From a virus (lineage: Duplodnaviria; Caudoviricetes): DNA of 38,797 bases. Position numbers and translations under genes: made by a program. Shown piece by piece: positions 34,079 through 38,797 of the stretch (within the stretch, counting starts at the first letter, position 1; each line of letters opens with the position of its first letter). The notes under the pieces were generated by a model. It worked only from the letters and a program-made list of their open reading frames with translations. It did not search any database and was not told the origin of the DNA. The stretch is taken from positions 1 to 38,797 of the IMG/VR virus record IMGVR_UViG_3300048599_000735; one strand, 5' to 3'.

Positions 34079-34647
34079 GCGGGGAGCCGTGGTTCAAGCC
34101 TCATGGCGTGCTCGATCCGGAGCGGCATGCGGCGTTGATCGCCAACCGCGACGCCATCGCGCGGGATGCGGGGATACCGGTGCATCTGCTGTGGCAGAAG
34201 CTGCCGGCGGCGCTGACGCCTGTGGAGCGGGACTGGCTGGCGCGGTTCCATCGCCAGCGCGGCGAGGGACGCTGCGGCCTGCTGCTGACGGGCGAGGCTC
34301 CCGCGCTCGATCCGTTGCAGCGCATCGGCGCGATGGCGGGGTGCCTGTCGCGCAACTTCGTGCGGGCGCGGGTCGTGCCGCTGCTAGAGGCGCTGGAAGC
34401 GGTGGCCGACGGCGCGCCGATCGCGGCGACCTGTCTCCTCGTTCCCGACTTCGTGCCCGATCGCGCCACCGTGCGCGAGGCGCCGGCGTGGCGGGTGGCG
34501 CAGCTCACGGCGCTGCTCACCGCGCGCTGGAGCACGTCGGGGCTGCAAACCGTGCTCTACGCGCCGAGCCTCGCCGACGCCGGCCGCGAATATGGCGGCT
34601 TCGTCGCCGACCTGCTGCGCAACCATTATCTCGAGGTCGCGATATGA
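34075..34647 (+). CDS. DnaC/IstB-like helicase loader remnant lacking Walker A
   Basis: Lies between initiator and DnaB; AGIP, GLLLTG without GKT, LLVPDF, LL..R....QT. Confidence 0.5.
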   Translation: MSGEPWFKPHGVLDPERHAALIANRDAIARDAGIPVHLLWQKLPAALTPVERDWLARFHRQRGEGRCGLLLTGEAPALDPLQRIGAMAGCLSRNFVRARVVPLLEALEAVADGAPIAATCLLVPDFVPDRATVREAPAWRVAQLTALLTARWSTSGLQTVLYAPSLADAGREYGGFVADLLRNHYLEVAI

Positions 34648-34663
34648 GGCGTGCTTTCCCTTC

Positions 34664-34773
34664 TGTCATCGCGCGCGGGGCAGCCCCGCGCTGGAACGAA
34701 GTGAAGGATCTCATGGCGGTTGCCTCACCGATTGCGGGCGGCGATGAGATCCTTCGCTGCGCTCAGGATGACA
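34664..34773. repeat. Host REP/MITE-like element, copy D
   Basis: Same right arm; hairpin-interrupted left arm as in copy A. Confidence 0.85.
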
Positions 34774-34789
34774 ATGAGGAGCCCCACTG

Positions 34790-36058
34790 ATGCTCTCCTC
34801 CGCGCAGCGTTATCTCGCTTCCGTCATCGCCGAGGGCAAAGTCGAGACGCTTCTGAAGCACGGGCCGGTCGCGCATCTCTTCGCAGGGCACGAGGAGCGC
34901 TTGTGGAATTACTTCGACCGCCACGTGAAGACCTACGGCACCCTGCCGGACTTCGCCCTGGTGAAGGCCGACACCGGCTTCGATCTCGCGGCACAGACGC
35001 AGCCCGCCGCCTTCTATCTCGACCGCGCGCGCGACAACCACTTGCACCGCAGCCTCGTGTCGCTGCTGGCCGAGGTCCATCACAAGCACCTCGCCGGCGC
35101 GAATGCCAATCCGCGCGAGGCGCTGAATCTCCTCGGCAACGCGGTGATGGCGCTGTCGGTGCAGAACAACGGCGCGCTGGTGATGGACTATCGCCGCGCG
35201 CAGGACGCGATCATGCAGGCCTTCAAGGCCAAGATGATGGACGCAGGGACCATGGGCCTGCAGCTCGGCTGGCCGACGCTCGACGCGATGACGGGCGGCC
35301 TCGGCACCGGCGACATGATCGGGCTCGCGGGACGTCCCGCGGCGGGCAAGACGTGGTTCATGCTGTGGATGGCGCTGCATGCCTGGGCGGTGCAGGGCAA
35401 GGTGCCGCTGTTCGTCTCGATGGAGATCAAGCCGCTGGTCATCGTGCAGCGCCTGCTCGCCATCCACGCGAAGCTGCCGTTCAAGGGCATCCGCGATGCA
35501 GCACTTACGACGACGCAGTATCGGCAGATGAAGCACGTCCTCGTCGAGAGCGCGCAGAGCCCGGTGCCGTTCCATGTCGTCGACGGCAACCTCGCGGCGT
35601 CGGTGGCCGACCTGCATGCGCTCTGCCGCCAGCTCAAGCCCGACTTCGTGGTGATCGACGGCGCCTATCTGCTGACGCATCCCACCGAGCGCGACCGCTT
35701 CAAGCGCGTGGCGGAGAACGCGTCGCTGATCAAGCAGCACATCTGCGACCTCGCGCCGACGGCGTGCTCCTGGCAGTTCGCGCGGCCGGCGAAGGGCGGG
35801 AGCGGGAGCGGCGGGAGCGGGAAGAAGCCGCCGCAGACCGGCGACGACATCGGCTACTCCGACGCGATCCTGCAACTCTCCTCGCTGGCGCTGGGCCTGA
35901 TGCAGCCCGAGAGCGCCGAGACGATCAAGCAGCGCGAAGTCTCGATCCTGAAGGGCCGCAACGGCGAGACTGGTTCGTTCACGGTGAACTGGAATTTCGA
36001 TTGGACGACGGACTTTTCGGAAGTCACGGAGCGGGCGGGGGAGCTGGAGGTGGAGTAG
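34790..36058 (+). CDS. dnaB: DnaB-like (SF4) replicative helicase
   Basis: GWPTLD.MTGGL, Walker A GRPAAGKT, FVSME, VVIDG.YL, Q..R, SD.I.Q, LK.RNG. Confidence 0.92.
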   Translation: MLSSAQRYLASVIAEGKVETLLKHGPVAHLFAGHEERLWNYFDRHVKTYGTLPDFALVKADTGFDLAAQTQPAAFYLDRARDNHLHRSLVSLLAEVHHKHLAGANANPREALNLLGNAVMALSVQNNGALVMDYRRAQDAIMQAFKAKMMDAGTMGLQLGWPTLDAMTGGLGTGDMIGLAGRPAAGKTWFMLWMALHAWAVQGKVPLFVSMEIKPLVIVQRLLAIHAKLPFKGIRDAALTTTQYRQMKHVLVESAQSPVPFHVVDGNLAASVADLHALCRQLKPDFVVIDGAYLLTHPTERDRFKRVAENASLIKQHICDLAPTACSWQFARPAKGGSGSGGSGKKPPQTGDDIGYSDAILQLSSLALGLMQPESAETIKQREVSILKGRNGETGSFTVNWNFDWTTDFSEVTERAGELEVE

Positions 36059-36105
36059 ATTGCCGAGGCCCTGACGCGGCGCAGCGGAGGTTTCCGCATC
36101 CAACC

Positions 36106-37215
36106 TTATGAATTCTTCTGCATAGCCTGAGATTGGCTGAGGGTGTGCCACAAGGTAACGGCGCGGCTGGTAACCTGCACTCCCTTTAGCCGTTCGTGAA
36201 TAGCATCAACCGCTTGAAGTGCGGCAAGTGGTTTTGGCAATGCACTCCAAAAGAGTGCTTGGTCTACGAATGTTCGCCAACCGTAAAAGAGGGTTAGGCC
36301 AATTCCCAAGCCTGATGCCCAAGCTGCAAGAGCCTGAGAGTCGAGCACGGGTTGTCGATCCGATGCCATTACAATTGCCGCGTCATTGACTCGTTGTTCG
36401 GCGCACCTTCTTGCAAAAATATGAACGTCAGATGAACTAACTGGCTTATCTCGCACCTCGATGGCCTTCTCCCACGTCGTGAGGACATCGGCGTTCCTGA
36501 TAGCAACATCACCTGGATAGTGGCGGCTTGGATCATTGATAAGGCCGGTCTCCACGCGATCGCGCCCCGCTACTATGTCTAGCAGCCCTGCGACTACGGC
36601 TTGAGCCCGTTTTCCGCCTTCTGAATCTTCTGTCACGAATTGCGCAATCGCGTTGGTAAGACCCTCGGGCGAAATCATCCCACCTTGCGGGAGATCCGCA
36701 TATTGAATGATGTACTGCCGACGCACTGCGATAAATGCTTGAAGAGCTTCCCGGGCTTTGTTCGAAGAGACTTGTTGCAGCTCTCGGACCAGCTCTAGCA
36801 TGTAGTTGAAGCCGTCTCTTCCGCCGGTGGAGATCGGCGTTCCATCGTCGAGGCGTTTCATGCGGAAGTAGGGCTGATTGTTCAGGGGCTCCCGTCCACC
36901 TACGCCGAGGCTAAACCCTAGTTCGGCAGACAAAGGCACGAGCACAGAGTGACATAGAGACGGAGCAGAGAACGCGTTGGGGTTGCCCTTATCGTGCTCA
37001 GGCTTAATGGCAAACAGGTCAGCGTTCGCATCCACAGCTTTGGCCAGGATCGCTGTTGCGAGAAAGGCTATGTGCGTCTTTGAGGCTTTTGGCGGCTCGC
37101 AGAGTAAAGACAGGCGCTCAACCTTCTTTGTCCAGGCCGAAGCAAGACCTTCGGCGGGCGCCGGGGCGGCTGCTGCACGTACCAAGCGTTCTGCTTGCGC
37201 GGCGTCAATCGGCAT
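36106..37215 (-). CDS. Type II restriction endonuclease, SacI-family-like
   Basis: REPLNNQPYF motif; PD-(D/E)xK-like GDV...EVRDK; lower GC; linked to C5 MTase. Confidence 0.75.
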   Translation of the reverse strand: MPIDAAQAERLVRAAAAPAPAEGLASAWTKKVERLSLLCEPPKASKTHIAFLATAILAKAVDANADLFAIKPEHDKGNPNAFSAPSLCHSVLVPLSAELGFSLGVGGREPLNNQPYFRMKRLDDGTPISTGGRDGFNYMLELVRELQQVSSNKAREALQAFIAVRRQYIIQYADLPQGGMISPEGLTNAIAQFVTEDSEGGKRAQAVVAGLLDIVAGRDRVETGLINDPSRHYPGDVAIRNADVLTTWEKAIEVRDKPVSSSDVHIFARRCAEQRVNDAAIVMASDRQPVLDSQALAAWASGLGIGLTLFYGWRTFVDQALFWSALPKPLAALQAVDAIHERLKGVQVTSRAVTLWHTLSQSQAMQKNS

Positions 37216-37447
37216 TGTCGCCGCTACCTTTCCCTGTGGACAGCTCGAGCAAATCGCCGGGGGAGCACTCCAATGCCTTGCAGAGCTTCTCTACAGTGCT
37301 GAGTGTGGTGTTGTAGCCGGGACGTGCCGCCAGGGATTGGAGAGTGTCGACGGAGATGCCCGTCATAGCTGAGAGAGAATCGTACGTGAGCCGCACACCG
37401 TTGCGGCGTCTGTATGCTTCCATCGCTTCTCTGAGCTTGACGTCCAT
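37205..37447 (-). CDS. XRE/Cro-type HTH controller (C) protein of the R-M system
   Basis: LS.MTGIS..TL, TL.T..KLC.AL.C.PGDLL; overlaps the REase start. Confidence 0.85.
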   Translation of the reverse strand: MDVKLREAMEAYRRRNGVRLTYDSLSAMTGISVDTLQSLAARPGYNTTLSTVEKLCKALECSPGDLLELSTGKGSGDNAD

Positions 37448-37454
37448 TTCCTAT

Positions 37455-37475
37455 AACTGTATTCTCAATACAGTT
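37455..37475. promoter_or_regulatory. Inverted-repeat operator AACTGTATT-ctc-AATACAGTT
   Basis: Perfect 9-bp arms just upstream of the C gene, in the divergent C/M intergenic region. Confidence 0.65.
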
Positions 37476-37528
37476 TCCTGTCGTATCGGTCCCATATGGT
37501 GTGTTAGCACGACTCTCAGTTCACGAGA

Positions 37529-38797
37529 ATGAGGGCAGCGACGCGTATGTTTAAAGCAATCAGTCTCTTCTCTGGTATTGGAGGATTGGACTTTGGGTTC
37601 GAAGAGGCGGGCTTCGAGACGCGCGTAGCTCTTGAATTCGACAAACACGCTTGCAAGACGATTCGGCTCAATCGCCCTTGGCCGGTGATTGAAGATGACA
37701 TAAACAACGTGACCTCAGGGGATATCCTGGGGACGGCTGGTCTCAAGTCTGGCGAGACAGATGTGCTCATCGGCGGACCCCCGTGTCAGCCCTTCTCTAA
37801 GTCGTCCTATTGGGTACGCGGCCATGCTTTGGGCCTCGACGATCCGAGGGCAGATACATTAACTGGTTATCTTCGCGTGCTTCGCGACACGCGGCCGCGG
37901 GCGTTCCTATTGGAGAACGTTTACGGATTGGCGTACGCGAGCAAAGACGAGGGATTACGCTACATCCTCGACGGTATCGCGCAGATCAACCATGAGAAGA
38001 AGACAAACTACACCGTTGCATGGAAGGTGTTGAACACGGCCGCGTATGGGGTGCCGCAGATTCGAGAGCGCGTGTTTCTTGTCGGCTCGCGCGATGGTCG
38101 GACTTTTCGTTTTCCAGAGCCAACCCATAGCGATGACAAGCCAGCGATGGACGATCTGTTGGCGCCTTCGCTCAAGCCGTACAGTACAGCGTGGGATGCG
38201 ATAGGTGACTTGCCGCCGCCAGATGTTGAGGCAGAAGGTCTCAAGGTCGGCGGACAGTGGGGCGATCTGTTGCCGACGATCCCAGAAGGTGAGAATTACC
38301 TCTGGCACACGAACAGGCGTGGAGGTTCTCCGCTGTTTGGTTGGCGCACCCGGTATTGGAGCTTCCTGTTGAAGCTTTCCAAGCGCTTGCCATCTTGGAC
38401 TGTGCAAGCGCAACCCGGCTCGGCCATTGGTCCTTTCCACTGGAAAAACCGCCGTCTGTCCTTCGAAGAACTATGTCGCATTCAGACTTTCCCTGACGGT
38501 CTCAAGATCGACTCTGGTCGTACCGAGACACAGCGAATGCTTGGTAATGCCGTTCCCTCTTTGGTTACGGAGGTCTTGGCGAGAGAGATCAGGAGACAAC
38601 TACTCGACAGCCCGCTCAACTCGCCTCTACGACTTCTGCCCCCCACCCGCGGAAACATTCCGCCACCAGAGCGGCTAGCGTCACTGCCTCAGAAGTACAA
38701 AGAACTTATCGGAGATCATGCGGATCATCCGGGTACTGGTAAGGGGCGAATGGCAGTGGCTCGGACAAAGCGGACGGCGGCAGGCGTCGGCGTGTAG
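37529..38797 (+). CDS. C5-cytosine DNA methyltransferase (start may be 37547)
   Basis: Motif I FSGIGG, IV GGPPCQPFS, VI ENV, VIII Q.RERVF, IX RIQTFP, X GNAVP. Confidence 0.96.
   Translation: MRAATRMFKAISLFSGIGGLDFGFEEAGFETRVALEFDKHACKTIRLNRPWPVIEDDINNVTSGDILGTAGLKSGETDVLIGGPPCQPFSKSSYWVRGHALGLDDPRADTLTGYLRVLRDTRPRAFLLENVYGLAYASKDEGLRYILDGIAQINHEKKTNYTVAWKVLNTAAYGVPQIRERVFLVGSRDGRTFRFPEPTHSDDKPAMDDLLAPSLKPYSTAWDAIGDLPPPDVEAEGLKVGGQWGDLLPTIPEGENYLWHTNRRGGSPLFGWRTRYWSFLLKLSKRLPSWTVQAQPGSAIGPFHWKNRRLSFEELCRIQTFPDGLKIDSGRTETQRMLGNAVPSLVTEVLAREIRRQLLDSPLNSPLRLLPPTRGNIPPPERLASLPQKYKELIGDHADHPGTGKGRMAVARTKRTAAGVGV

Noticed and set aside
6702-34773. Repeated 27-bp sequence considered as CRISPR repeats or attL/attR
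   Set aside because: Copies are dispersed inverted-repeat pairs without regular spacers or cas genes, and lie inside rather than at the ends of the cluster
37457-37473. CTGT-N9-ACAG as a LexA/SOS box
   Set aside because: Spacing is 9 rather than 8 and alphaproteobacterial LexA uses a different motif; better explained as the C-protein operator

Overview
High-GC window, probably alphaproteobacterial (inferred from composition and repeat families). A host LysR gene (1-969) is followed directly by a ~35 kb phage-derived cluster (1015-36058), then a lower-GC type II restriction-modification cassette (SacI-family-like REase, C-type HTH controller, divergent C5 MTase). The cluster encodes, in order: a family A DNA polymerase; a Bacillus PBSX-like head module (XkdE-like portal, XkdF-like protease, XkdG-like capsid); spanins and a holin; a lambda-like non-contractile tail (tube, G/GT chaperones with an intact -1 slippery site, tape measure, M/L/K/I/J) with two fibre/adhesin modules; and a replication block (dNMP kinase, initiator with internal iterons, degenerate loader, DnaB). 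No terminase, endolysin, integrase, repressor, primase or att site is visible in the window. The genes are nevertheless open and interleaved with host-type genes and host palindromic repeats, which suggests a domesticated element such as a gene transfer agent (GTA). Two unannotated layers run through the cluster: a dispersed 18-bp palindrome CGTGCAATCGATTGCACG (8 near-full copies, mostly intragenic), and 9 ribosome-binding sites presented in a hexaloop (mostly AAGGAG) closed by covarying stems, resembling CsrA/Rsm-type translational operators. All family calls come from motif recognition by eye; no searches were run.
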